From assembly GCF_031769215.1 (NCBI RefSeq), contig NW_026782467.1, positions 124,001 through 188,000 on the forward strand: 64,000 nt of DNA. The letters are read 5' to 3'. The stretch comes from Ylistrum balloti (taxonomy: Eukaryota). The translations under genes and the position numbers were made by a program. Numbering within the stretch: position 1 is the first letter of the stretch; every line of letters begins with the position of its first letter. The notes beneath the pieces are model-generated. The model saw only the letters and a program-made list of their open reading frames with translations, ran no database searches and was not told the origin of the DNA. Below are positions 1-12,990 of this stretch, piece after piece.

Positions 1-46
1 CCGACATGAACAAAAGAAAGATATATTCAGAAACCCCTTAACAATA

Positions 47-120
47 CACAAGGAGGATCGGACCAGGTGATCTGTAAGGGTCAGCGTCTTCTTCATCAGC
101 GACACCAGACATGTAAATCT
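47..120. mobile_element. Interspersed repeat fragment, probably the 3' tail of a non-LTR retroelement (reverse orientation)
   Basis: acaaggaggatcggaccaggtgatctgtaagggtcagcgtcttct aligns by eye with acaaggagaataggcccaggtgttccggaatagtaacagtcttct at 60232-60277. It resembles a recalled abundant bivalve LINE-tail motif (ccaggtgctccggaagggtaagc); the family assignment is not verified. Confidence 0.35.
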
Positions 121-660
121 TAGTCCAAATCCAAATGGTATCACGTGAGAACAAAACAACAAAGACCATACCAACATGTCAACAAAATCCTAATTCAAAA
201 CCAAAGTTGTTAAAATGAGGGCAAAACATAAAAGAAAAAAATGACACATCGACACCTGAAAAAGTATAAGTTAATGTAAACCACAAGAAATACTAGGCTG
301 TATAATTTCCCATCACACAAGGAATCTTAATATAAACAACAGTTTCTTTATCAAAATGTATCCTTCGAAACCCTTTGTCGTGAGTTTTTTTTTTCAGCTA
401 GTGAGAAATTTCACACAATTCTTATGGTATTTAGTGTTAATGTTAAGGAGAGGATTGGACTAGCCCAGCCTCGCAAGACCGTTTACCCAAAATACTCTGC
501 ACAGTAGGCGATGAGCCTCCAGTATGTTGTTCAGGTCAGTAGCCAACAGTCACTAGGAGCGAATATCGCCTTGAATGGCTACAACAAAATAACTACCTAT
601 ATGTTTTTTCATCGTCCGATTGTTTTCGTTTTAAGTATTCAAAGTTTTGTGACAACATAT

Positions 661-760
661 AATGTTGTTCAGTGTTAACTTCGGCGTAAAAAGATCCTAC
701 AATGGTGTTCAGTTTTATGTTAGGCGTAAAAAGATCCTACAATGGTGTTCAGTGTTAGGC
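661..760. repeat. 40-bp tandem repeat, about 2.5 copies
   Basis: ggcgtaaaaagatcctacaatggtgttcag starts at 683 and again at 723. Confidence 0.85.
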
Positions 761-2760
761 AGAAAATATCCGATTTTGACGTTCAGCATCTTCTTTCCCT
801 ATGCCATTATGAGTAAATTGTAGAAGTTTCAGAACCAATACTGATAAGGTCAGTACGTGGATATTTTATTTTTAACAATAGATTGATATTTTGAGAACAG
901 TTTCTCGAGAGCAGGACCGCATTCTCAATATAGTTGTTAGCCTCAGTAAAGGGCTTGAGACTAACAGGTTAACCACGTTGAATGAAGTAAGAGCACGTTA
1001 CAGAAAGGCAAAGGCTAACTTTGGTTTTAACGTATTTTTGACGATATCTAATGTAATTTATAGAATTACGTCTTTATATAATTTAGTTATGGCGACACGT
1101 GGATATTTTCGAGGAAACACGACACTGACCTGTGTATATTGTACCACTGTACTAATGACTATAGAGGCAAGCTTTTGGTGCGGATGCTTTTAAAAATAAA
1201 CAAATATTGCTAAATACGATATATGTATTTAAAGCATTACACATCTGTTAAATGCAGTGATTTATCGGATCTTAACAGCGATTCATATAAATATCAATTT
1301 GGAAGGATCGTTTATCACGCACCTGAAACTACGTGCTGCATCACATTAAGCACCACAGGAAATCGCTTTTGACTTCTATTTGAGAAATAAATAAACTAAT
1401 AAAATATTAATTATTTCTGAGCAGTCAATACCATGTTTCGTTATAACACACGGAAGTTGTGAATCCACCATTGTCCTGACCTGTATGTATGTTTGAATAT
1501 TATATTTACTCGTGTATTTATCTATTGGTTATTTGTTTATCTATTTGTATACTTTGTATTATTTAGGGTGACAAGCGCATTGTATACTGCGCTTTTAAAC
1601 CTTAGGAGTATTTTTACAACAATTGAACCTTTAATATAAATAAAATGTAAACATGTCGGTCTAAAACAGAGGAATATATGACGTCACAGAATGTATCATC
1701 AAAGTCCACCAAGTGTCGAAGTATATATTGTATCTAAATGATGATAGATTTCTGACACAGTAAGACTAATGTTATATTGTGGAGATAGTTGAGATGATGT
1801 CGACGTCAAGCTGACAATCTTAAATCAGACCTTGTGGCTTATCCTCGGAAATTGATAGAAACCTTCGGATTTTCCGTGTCATTTAAGTAATATTTCAAGG
1901 AAAGGAAAATGACTTCTATCGAACGTAATGAAATTATCTCCCCTAGACCAACTTGATCGATAGTTGTTCGCTTGGTGGATGATTTACGGTCTGACATCAC
2001 GAAACATCAAACAGAAACACAGACATTAAACTTTCCATACTGATATTTGTTTTATTATGTGGAGTAAACAAGTCACTGTAGAACAAACAAGTCACTTTTA
2101 GAATTAGCCTCAAAGCCCTTGTCACGAAATTGTAAAAATCAAAAACAAACCCACTGTTTAATCTTGTAAACGAGAGAAACGGAAGGGGGTGCCATATTTT
2201 GCAGGCGCAATCTCTGTGTTATTATAAACATGTAGTGGAACTTGACGATGAATTGCAGGTTTTTCTCTAATTTCATTTGTGCTGGTTTTACATACCTCTG
2301 CACTTGGGCTTTTAATACATAATATGAATTTACATCAGTAAGTAATGTATCAAAACTATCTACACAGTATAATATCAAAAGTTATAAACTGTTTCAGCAG
2401 AAAACATACGATGTTATCGGGTGAGGAATTTTGAGTGGAAGCAGCACAGATTGCTATAGTAACCCTGCTGTCTGATAACTAAATAAAACATTACATAATG
2501 TATAGTTAAATTCAAGTTTAAAACAACGGATGCAGCACTTTTATATCGGCTGTCTAAGTTCACTCGATCACACAGTACATGGAACGTTGATTTTAGTGAA
2601 ATGAATATATTAATATACTCATTCACATGGTCAAGTTTACTCGGTCAAATGTGGCGTGAAGTTGGTCCAATCAAAGGTCGCTCGGTCAAATGTGGTCTGG
2701 TGTTGGGTCAATCATAACTTTACTACGTCACATGTTGAGAAGATAGACCGATCCGTTTTT

Positions 2761-4900
2761 AACATGTTTGACCTACCCCTACACAACATGTGACTAAGTG
2801 ACTATCTGTTTGACCTACCCCTACACAACATGTGACTAAGTGACTATCTGTTTGGCCTACCCCTACACAACATGTGACTAAGTGACTGTCTGTTTGGCCT
2901 ACCCCTACACAACATGTGACTAAGTGACTATCTGTTTTACCTACTCCTATACAATATGTGACTAAGTTAACATCTGTTTTACCTACCCCTATGCAACATG
3001 TGACTAAGTGACTATCTGTTTGACCTACCCCTATACAATATGTGACGAAGTGAACGTCTGTTTAACCTACCCCCTATGCAACATGTGATTAAGTGAACGT
3101 CTGTTTGACCTACCCCCTATACAACATGTGACTAAGTGACTATCTGTTTTACCTACCCTTATACAACATGTGACTAAGTGAACATCTGTGTGACCTACCC
3201 TATACAACATGTGACTAAGTGACTATCTGTTTGACCTACCCCTATACAACATGTGACTAAGTGACTATCTGTTTGACCTACCCCTATACAACATGTGACT
3301 AAGTGACTATCTGTTTGACCTACCCCTATACAACATGTGACGAAGTGAACGTCTGTTTAACCTACCCCCTATACAACATGTAATTAAGTGAACGTCTGTT
3401 TGATCTACCCCTATACAACATGTGACTAAGTGACTATCTGTTTGACCTACCCCTATACAACATGTGACGAAGTGAACGTCTGTTTAACCTACCCCCTATA
3501 CAACATGTAATTAAGTGAACGTCTGTTTGATCTACCCCTATACAACATGTGACTAAGTGAACGTCTGTTTGACCTACCCCTAGACAACATGTGACTCAGT
3601 GAACGTCTGTTTGACCTACCCCTATACAACATGTGACTAAGTGAACGTCTGTTTGCCTACCCCTATACAACATGTGACTCAGTGAACATCTGTTTGACCT
3701 ACCCCTATACAACATGTAACTAAGTGAACGTCTGTTTGACCTACCCCTATACAACATGTGACTAAGTGACTATCTGTTTGACCTACCCCTATACAACATG
3801 TGACGAAGTGAACGTCTGTTTAACCTACCCCGTATACAACATGTAATTAAGTGAACGTCTGTTTGATCTACCCCTATACAACATGTGACTAAGTGAACGT
3901 CTGTTTGACCTACCCCTAGACAACATGTGACTCAGTGAACGTCTGTTTGACCTACCCCTATACAACATGTGACTAAGTGAACGTCTGTTTGACCTACCCC
4001 TATACAACATGTGACTCAGTGAACATCTGTTTGACCTACCCCTATACAACATGTGACTAAGTGAAGGTCGGTTTGACCTACCCCTATACAACATGTGACT
4101 AAGTGAACGTCTGTTTGACCTACCCCTATACAACATATGACTAAGTGAACGTCTGTTTGACCTACCTCTATACAACATGTAACTAAGTGAACGTCTGTTT
4201 GACCTACCCCTATACAACATGTGACTAAGTGACTATCTGTTTGACCTACTCCTATACAATATGTGACTAAGTGAACATCTCTTTGACCTACCCCTATACA
4301 ACATGTGACGAAGTGAACGTCTGTTTGACCTACCCCTATACAACATGTAACTAAGTGAACGTCTGTTTTACCTACCACTATACAACATGTGACTAAGTGA
4401 ACGTCTGTTTGACCTACCCCTATACAACATGTAACTAAGTGAACATCTGTTTGACCTACCCCTATACAACATGTGACTATATGAACGTCTGTTTGACCCA
4501 CCCCCACACAACATGTGACTAAGTGAACGTCTGTTTGACCTACCCCTATACAACATGTAACTAAGTGAACGTCTGTTTGACCTACCCCTATACAACATGT
4601 AACTAAGTGAACGTCTGTTTGACCTATCCCTATACAACATGTGACTAAGTGAACGTCTGTTTGACCTACCCCTACACAACATGTGACTAAGTGAACATCT
4701 GTTTGACCTACCCCTACACAAGATGTGACTAAGTAAACATCTGTTTGACCTACCCCTACACAACATGTGACTAAGTGAACATTTGTGTGACCTACCCCTA
4801 CACACTATGTGACTAAATGAATATCTGTTTGACCTACCGCTACACAACATGTGACTCAGTGAACGTCTGTTAGACCTACCCCTATACAACATGTGAATAG
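2761..4900 (+). repeat. 42-bp minisatellite, about 51 copies
   Basis: Unit tgtttgacctacccctatacaacatgtgactaagtgaacgtc. The 14-aa periodicity of ORFs 3825-4952 confirms a 42-bp period. Confidence 0.97.
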
Positions 4901-4914
4901 GTGACTTCCCACTA

Positions 4915-5172
4915 AAGTTCACTTGTTTACACTTTGTGTAGGGGTAGGCCAATTAAAAGCTCACTTGGTTACACTTTGTGTAGGGGTAGGCCAATTAAAA
5001 GCTCACTTGTTTACACTTTGTGTAGGGGTAGGCCAATTAAAAGCTCACTTGGTTACACTTTGTGTAGGGGTGGGCCAATTAAAAGCTCACTTGGTTACAC
5101 TTTGTGTAGGGGCAGCCCAATTTAAAGCTCACCTGGTTACACTTTGTGTGGCGGCTAATTTCAAACATGTTT
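4915..5172 (-). repeat. Diverged inverted copy of the 42-bp minisatellite, about 6 copies
   Basis: The reverse-complement unit tggcctacccctacacaaagtgtaaccaagtgagcttttaat matches the left-array unit ttggcctacccctacacaacatgtgactaagtgactatctgt, with the same 42-bp period. Confidence 0.9.
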
Positions 5173-6089
5173 AGAAGGTAAGAGCTCTACAAATTCTTTC
5201 GATATTTAATATAAAATTAAAAAAAACAATTTCTGCCTCAGTTAGGGGATAACATATACTAGAGATAAGATAATGAATTTTGTCATTTGAACACCCGACG
5301 CAGGTTTTGAAATATTGTGACAAATTTATGATTTAATCTCCAATATACACATGAGTACTATCCCCATTTTAAAATAATTTGAACAAAGACCTGTTCAGTT
5401 ATGTTTGAAGAGGTTTCTCACATTATCATAGCCAATCAAAACACTCCTTTCAACCATTGAAGGTGTAAAAGCTCCATCCACTTTCCCAGTGAAGTTGTCG
5501 ATAGATTCGGGTCAAAATGTAGGTTGAGACGTTTGGAAAAGCTTAAAATGTTCATCTGCACGAATTATTCGTCTAAATCGTTGTTGACATTAATTCCTTG
5601 TGTACATATCATAAATCCATATCTATCTCTGAATGGTAAAGGTATTTGCCCACTAAAGTAGATCGATAAAACAACGACATCGGGGAGAGGCATCGACAAG
5701 AGACTCATCTGATGTTTTCAATTTGTCTGAAATGGAGATTGGAATCTATGTGTCATTCTATGAGTTATTATCCAGTAGAGGTAGGAGACCATATCATGTG
5801 ACATGAATTAATTTAGTGTGATATATTAAAACTGAAGTTGATCCCTGAATCGAGAATATCACATATCAAATATCTTCTTTATCGTCATTCTGACATTACA
5901 GACAAACTCACTTGAAGCGGAGCGGAGAAAAGTCAAATGGAACAAGAATGGTGACACATATCAGCTCTCTGTTTCAAATCTTGGTGACACATTTAAGCAT
6001 AGAGTTATAATAAATTTCTCCAATGTCGATTCCGATCATCTGCCTCAGTCGGAAATAGGGCTGCTACTGTAGTGACGTGATTATAGTGA

Positions 6090-7450
6090 AATACACCGTA
6101 CCATCGATAGTGGCACAACAAGAGCCATGCTTACAACTACTGCTGTTGGGCTTGTATGTGACGTGTAAGACCTAGTCTGCACACCAGGCTGAAAATCTTG
6201 TGTAAAAGGCAGGCTACTTTGTCTCGTGATGGGCATTAACTCTATTTGAGGGCTTGGATGTTGAGAATCTTGACTCCAACATTCTAGCAGGTATTCCTTT
6301 TATGGAAGCAAATTATGACCTTATCCGTCCAGCCAAAAGGTAGGTAACCATCCGAGGTCAATCTTCATACTCCTGAAGTTCTCGTGGAGTTTTGCTGATG
6401 TTTTCATCCAGACAGTTGCAGGATACAACGGGTGCAGTGAGCGAGGATATCTCAGTACTCACGTAACCATGAGGGCGAGCTTCAACAGAAATTTGACGAC
6501 CTGGCGGGTATTGATGTATTTAGGTGATCGAAAGACGTCAACATCGCGGTTGATTATGTAAACCCATCATTCTTGATTATGAAACCAAATGGTGGTTTCC
6601 GTCTGGTTACCGCCTTTACTGACGTTGGTCGCTCGGCCATATCACAACCATCACTTATGCCTGACGTGAACTCCACCTTTCGCCCGATTGTACAACGGAA
6701 ATTCATCATCGACACAGACTTCATTACGGCATGTCAATGAAATACTGTGGGAAAGTTACGCCATTCATGGGCATTCGAATTTGTGTCAAGGACATGCCAG
6801 GTTCAGAAACCGCCCTTGAAGTACTCGGTGGTCTTGTGGAAAACGGGTTTATCGCGAACGACGTCGATGACCTATATTGTGGCAGAGTTGTTTAATAACT
6901 GGACCAAGATCGTGATAGCTCCCAAGCAAACATCAACATTAGGACGGACATGGTATCTTGAAACACTCAGGACCAGTCCCCATCGAATTTCTACTCTTTT
7001 CATATGCCCGAGTCCTTCAGTTGTCCTAGCAACAACAAATAATCCGACATAGGAAATATTTGTTTTTTAGGGGAAACGTGGTAACGCCAATATTGTGTAT
7101 TATGTTTCCGGATCTACTGTAGGTAAAAGCATCAGAGTGTGCAGGTTGTATTCCTGTTTAGGCCAAGTAAAGTCTCGTGTCAATTATTCTAGTGCGCTTG
7201 GGTTTTCTGTCACATACTGGCGCCCAAAACATCTCACCTTTACTCGAGTTTTATGTTAGTTGAGAAAAATAAGGCCGCCAATTTCTCGCTGGATTTTTTC
7301 CAAACGAAAACATCACTTTCCCTTTGCTGAAATTTCTTTAAAACTCTGTCGACTGTGCTACACCCAATCCTTTGGCTATTTCGTTCTTTTAACACTCTCA
7401 AACATCCGTTCTTTTATCTCATTTGTCAATTATCGGCCATGTCGTACCTT
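6090..7450 (+). mobile_element. Degenerate Ty3/Gypsy LTR-retrotransposon pol fragment (protease, reverse transcriptase, RNase H remnant)
   Basis: Hand translation across frameshifts. Protease: TIDSGTTRAM (6100-6129) and [21 protein letters not shown]: [47 protein letters not shown] (from ~6470), [37 protein letters not shown]. RNase H-like LAGFF near 7285. Many stops and deletions; no LTRs found. Confidence 0.85.
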
Positions 7451-7992
7451 GTTTTTCACCGTCAAATTATATCGGATATCGTCTGCTTCTTGAACATCCG
7501 GCATTTCACGTCACAACCCTTGAAATATGTCGCGGTAAAATTTTGACCTCATCAGTAAAATGACAATAAAGAAAACGATCAACAACGTCACTTGTATCTT
7601 CAAGGTTACAAAAGGTCATACACTTTTATATTAAACAGTAATGCGGCGATTAAATTGATTTGTTTATCTTGTTCACTCAATGCTAGCGACATACCTTGTA
7701 AACTGCTTTATGTTCTATATTTAGATATGGTGACTCTGAATGATATAATTTTAGATCAACCAAGGCGATGAGCATGCTGAAATAGGTGTTCTTTCATTGT
7801 AAATCACTTACACCTTTCTTAATATACTTGTTTTATAATGTATAATATGCGATCAAAATGTTCAACGGCGGTCGTCAAAGGAAGTACTGATATTCTTTAA
7901 ATGTACAATTTTAAGCGACAAACAGTGTGCCGCTTTTTGCACTAAACGTATTTCGCTGAAATATCATTGAACAATATCGTGTAATTGAAAAA

Positions 7993-8150
7993 TGACAGAA
8001 TATTGACTGAATATATTGACGGAATATTGACAGAACATATTGACGGAATATTGACGGAATATTGGTTGAAACATGTTGACTGAATATTAACTTATCATAT
8101 TGACTGAATATTGATTAAACATATTGACGGAATATAGACTGAACATATTG
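7993..8150. repeat. Degenerate 12-14-bp tandem repeat
   Basis: Repeated aatattgac(g/t)ga and catattgac motifs. Confidence 0.8.
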
Positions 8151-9289
8151 TAAATTTTCCGTGCTGTATTGAACACTAAGAAGATGTCGATAGTCTCAGT
8201 TATGTGTCCGTGTGATAAAGACAAGGACTCTCGAACTTGAGAGGCGTTTGAAATTGCACTTTCGGTTTTCTATCAATTATCGCCCCTGGTCCGCGTGGAT
8301 CCATCTTGTGTCAGACTTTGCCCCTACATTTACACATACACTACGTGCGGACTGTCGTTTTTACTGTGCAGAAAGGATCTTCAGGTGATGCTATTTCACA
8401 CAACAGTCACGCAAAAGTTTCACGTCTCCGACCAATCTTACAGACTCGACTATCAGATCTAATGAGTGCGCGTTTACTTACATGGTGTAATGCAATTTAT
8501 AGTCAACAGGGCGGCACAGGAAGGCGCGAACTAGCACCAGTCAGTGTGGCGCAAAGGGGTTTTACCAATTCTTCAGACTTTATAAATCGGCGCCCTATTG
8601 ATTCGTGCTAAGTTGAATCGTATCACTTAATGCAAGCTAACCAAAGGACAAATAGCAACAGGCATTTCCAATCTTTGTCACCGTCTATTTATTTTGTACC
8701 GGTTAAACGTAAAGAGGTGTCAGTGTTATAGAAGCGCTTGCTTTGTATTGACTGTAGCTTTGACATTGATCAACTTCGATTGTTCAGAACAAAATAACGG
8801 CCATAAACAAATGAGATTCCGTCCCCTGTCAAAATTTCAAAACGACTTCAACAAATGAAAGTTGCACGAAACCTTCTATTCGCAATTCGGTTACATGTAA
8901 AATGTTAGAACATGGGAGTGAGTGCAATTAAATGATGCATCTAGAATGGAACTTTGAATTGAATATCTGCCATTCTTAAGTGAGACTTTTATAACACAGG
9001 TTTGTACTTATATGTAGGCCATTGAACCTCTTTGTTGATATTGACACTGTGACCATAGAGCTGCATGACGACTTGGAGATTCATTCTTGAATTGAAGAGT
9101 CAGGTTTGTATATAAGTTACTCTGTCGATATTTACCATGTGCTCATTTACCTAGGTGATGAGTTGGGGAGCCAGGTCTGTATTTAAGATATCGAAAGATA
9201 ACACTTTTGATATTGACCTTTAACCTACAGACATGTATGGTGAGTTTTAGAGTCATTCTTCTATATATATACAGTCTATTGAATCTCTT

Positions 9290-10315
9290 TATCGAGGTTG
9301 ACCCAGGTCCATATATACCTGTATAATGAGTTGGAGAGTCCGGCTAACGAGCGTGTCTGGAGATATTGACCAAGGCCCATATAGTCCGTCTATCGAGCGT
9401 GTCTGGAGATATTGACCCAGGTCCATATATACCTGTATAATGAGTTTGAGAGTCCGTCTAACGAGCGTGTCTGGATATATTGACCCAGGTCCATATATAC
9501 CTGTATAATGAGTTTGAGAGTCCGTCTATCGAGCGTGTCTGGAGATAATGACCCAGGTCCATATAGTCCGTCTATCGAGCGTGTCTGGAGATATTGACCA
9601 AGGCCAATATAGTCCGTCTATCGAGCGTGTCTGGAGATATTGACCAAGGCCCATATATACCAGTATAATGAGTTGGAGAGTCCGTCTATCGAGCGTGTCT
9701 GGAGATATTGACCAAGGCCAATATAGTCCGTCTATCGAGCGTGTCTGGAGATATTGACCAAGGCCCATATATACCAGTATAATGAGTTGGAGAGTCCGTC
9801 TATCGAGCGTGTCTGGAGATATTGACCAAGGCCCATATAGTCCGTCTATCGAGCGTGTCTGGAGATATTGACCCAGGTCCATATATACCTGTATAATGAG
9901 TTTGAGAGTCCGTCTAACGAGCGTGTCTGGATATATTGACCCAGGTCCATATATACCTGTATAATGAGTTTGAGAGTCCGTCTATCGAGCGTGTCTGGAG
10001 ATAATGACCCAGGTCCATATAGTCCGTCTATCGAGCGTGTCTGGAGATATTGACCAAGGCCAATATAGTCCGTCTATCGAGCGTGTCTGGAGATATTGAC
10101 CAAGGCCCATATATACCAGTATAATGAGTTGGAGAGTCCGTCTATCGAGCGTGTCTGGAGATATTGACCAAGGCCCATATAGTCCGTCTATCGAGCGTGT
10201 CTGGAGATATTGACCAAGGCCCATATATACCTGTATAATGAGTTGGAGAGTCCGTCTATCGAGCATGTCAGGAGATATTGACCCAGACCCATATATACCG
10301 GTATACTGAGTTGGA
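9290..10315. repeat. Composite minisatellite of 46-bp and 68-bp units with a 456-bp higher-order duplication
   Basis: Core gtccgtctatcgagcgtgtctggagatattgaccaaggcc, with or without a 22-bp insert. Diagnostic variants recur 456 bp apart (ggagataatg 9541/9997; ctggatatat 9471/9927). Confidence 0.95.
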
Positions 10316-11057
10316 ATATAAAGCTATCCAACTCCTTTGTCGATATTTACCTTTGACCACACAATGTTCTTTACACTGATCGCCGTCAACTCCATACTGA
10401 TAATATCACACTCCTTTAAAGCAATCAGCAAGTTAACTTTGAAATTAGTTTTATCTTGGTCCATGTATATTTGATGAGCTGGTATAGTCGCTGGTCGTCT
10501 TCTCTTTCCGGCCTCAATTTGTCATTAGCTAGTTCCGATGCTGACTGACCAACATGCAGCTATCTCGAGGATCCGGGCCACTGGGCAATGAGATTAGCGG
10601 TGTAGTTCTACATAAAATGCATACAACATCAGTAACTGGAGTCTCAGATCACCATAATTACTGTCGAACCACTTCAGGGTAATGACGCCACTTCGGCAAA
10701 ACATACAGTGATCAATTTAAAGAGAGTTAATTGTCTTCGTCAAGTATCACCCTATATAGTAACGTCGGTGAGGTGTAAAGGTGGAAATGTTTCTGATACT
10801 GATCCCTGTGATGTTCTTTCTTAATATTCGCATTTCAAACATATTAAAACTTATTGGATAGAGTTCGATTGAATGGAAGGTTATCAGAGGCGGGCACTTC
10901 CTTTGTCATGCTTGTTTCTGTGTTGCATGTATTGTTTACAATTGTATCTGCAGTCAGACAATACGTACCAGACGTTCTGACTTTGAGATTTGATTTTTTT
11001 TCTCTTCTTCTCCAGCAATTTTTTCCCCTAATATTTCCCTTAACACTGCATCACTTC

Positions 11058-11388
11058 TGGCCGTAAGCCGTGCGGTCGCCCATGGGTTTGGGGTATTGTC
11101 TTCTGGTCTTAAGCAGTGCGGTCACCCATGGGTTTGGGGTATTGTCCTCTGGTCTTAAGCAGTGCGGTCGCCCATGGGTTTGGGGTATTGTCTTTTGGCC
11201 TTAAGCAGTGCGGTCGCCTATGGGTTTGGGGTATTGTCTTCTGGTCTTAAGCAGTGCGGTCACCCATGGGTTTGGGGTATTGTCCTCTGGCCTTAAGCAG
11301 TGCGGTCGCCAATGGGTTTGAGGTATTGTCTTTTGGCCTTAAGCAGTGCGATCGCCCATGGGTTTGGGGTATTGTCTCCTAGCCGTAA
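11058..11388. repeat. 46-bp minisatellite, 7 copies
   Basis: Unit cttaagcagtgcggtcgcccatgggtttggggtattgtcttctggt. Confidence 0.95.
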
Positions 11389-11517
11389 CATATATTAAAC
11401 TAGTTGGTCGCTAGTAATTCCTGCTTAACGCTAAGCGTGATTATAGTATAACGACAAGTTTACCTGTTTTCAGCATTGGGTGTCCTGCTGGAGGCATCAG
11501 GCAGTTATATTAAGAGT

Positions 11518-11755
11518 GGTCGGGTGGCGCAGTGGTAACACACACGCCTTTCACCTAAACTTTCGGGGTTCGATTCCTGAAGCGGACGTGAAAAGATATG
11601 GTTCGCCTGCCCGACCACGCAGGTTTCCCCCTGGTACTCCGGTTTCCTCCCAAAGTGACACCTTCGCACGCTTCAATCTTGGCCAACAAGAGTGATTAAT
11701 ATAAGATTGAAACTTGTTTCGCAATTGTCTTAAAATAAATGAAGTTTATTTTAGT
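11518..11755 (+). mobile_element. tRNA-derived SINE with a V/Meta-type central domain
   Basis: Pol III A box TGGCGCAGTGG (11525-11535) and B box GGTTCGATTCC (11567-11577). Conserved core ggtttccccctggtactccggtttcctccca (11622-11652). A/T-rich tail aaaataaat. It does not fold into a full tRNA cloverleaf. Confidence 0.8.
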
Positions 11756-12282
11756 ATTCTTCGGTGTGATAGCACTATAATGTCGCCTTTAGTTCTCCAC
11801 TATATCACTACGTCCAACAAATACACACAAGCAATACAATCACTCATCCTGCATACATAGGGCGTTAAGCAACATAAAACCAATCACCTTATTGAAAAAA
11901 GTCTTACTAACGACATTGATTTGGTCATAATAAGATTACAGAGAAAACATGTTTTACGTGTATTAAAGAAGGCTGTGTACAAGATCATCTATCTAAAATC
12001 TCGCTTTGAATTCAGCATAGCACTTTTAAGTATTCCCTTTCCTTTGTCACATTTAAATCGGATTTTTTCAAAACTGCGGTTTGAATAATCTTAAGGAATA
12101 CATCTATTTGCAGAGGTCTCTGGGGATAATTTGTGGCATTCTATTTCTTAATCTTTTTTTTTTATAATTTTTCGTACTTTACTCTGTAAAGACAATTTAC
12201 ACATCTTTATTGTCCGAATGTTCAATTCTTAGATAAGATATTGAGGCAATAACCAAACCACTTACATACCTATCGACATGGT

Positions 12283-12332
12283 AGTAGAAAAATATTAAGC
12301 TCGGCCTTCGTTCTCAGTCAATATTTTCTACT
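12283..12332. repeat. Imperfect palindrome, possibly the internal hairpin of a non-autonomous DNA element
   Basis: gtagaaaaatattaagctcgg-ccttcg-ttctcagtcaatattttctac. A related gaccgtgcctcgcctcggtca occurs at ~47102-47122. Confidence 0.4.
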
Positions 12333-12844
12333 GGGTTGATAAATCATCATACTGATTTCATCAAATGTCCGTAATTGAAAACCTGCCAATGATTTACAAG
12401 CGGTAAATCTGTAGTGTATGAAGTTTAATAGAAGGATTTTTAGAAATATAAACAAGAACAAACACAAAGCTAACGGTTGCGTGCAAATGAAAAACCTAAT
12501 AAAGGTAATCAACTCTAACACAATCTATAGTAACATGTATAGTAATGTAACATATGACATTAACCTATGAAGACAAACTGATTTTTTTTTTATTTAGAAC
12601 AGAAATGGATTTATTAGGATAATGTGCTTGCGCCGTACATGTACTGAAGGAAAAGTGATTGTTTTGAATAACTTTTTTACAGTAAGTTAATTTTGTTTGT
12701 ATCTGTTGTTTATAACATCAACTTTAACGATGTATTTCTATTCCCGGCACCAGTCGTTTGTTACCGTTTGAATGCGCCTACTGTGTTCGGCCTAACTGAC
12801 AATTAAAAGCCTTTACTCGGTGAGATCACCAGTTTGTCAGTTGT

Positions 12845-12990
12845 TAAATGCCTCACTTAGTTGTTCGATTGGTGAAATGGGTCGGTGTGTTCCTCGTTGA
12901 ATGATGACCTGTTATGTAGAGTTATGTCCCCTGTCCTGTAGATGTCGCTGTATTACCCGATACATCCATCATCCGGTACGGTAGCAGCAC
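12845..12990 (-). mobile_element. Possible highly decayed Tc1/mariner transposase fragment
   Basis: The minus frame reads ...VIQRHLQDRGHNST*Q...PISPIEQL, reminiscent of Tc1 FLQxxGxxxxFQQDN...PDLSPIEHL. Short and weak; no TIRs identified. Confidence 0.25.

Noticed and set aside
3825-5174. Cys/Arg-rich repetitive ORFs
   Set aside because: They are read-through of the 42-bp array in multiple frames.
5340-5800. Coding-like minus-strand segment
   Set aside because: It is interrupted by stops and no family could be recognised.
11518-11580. tRNA gene
   Set aside because: A and B boxes are present, but there is no complete cloverleaf and the sequence continues into a SINE core.
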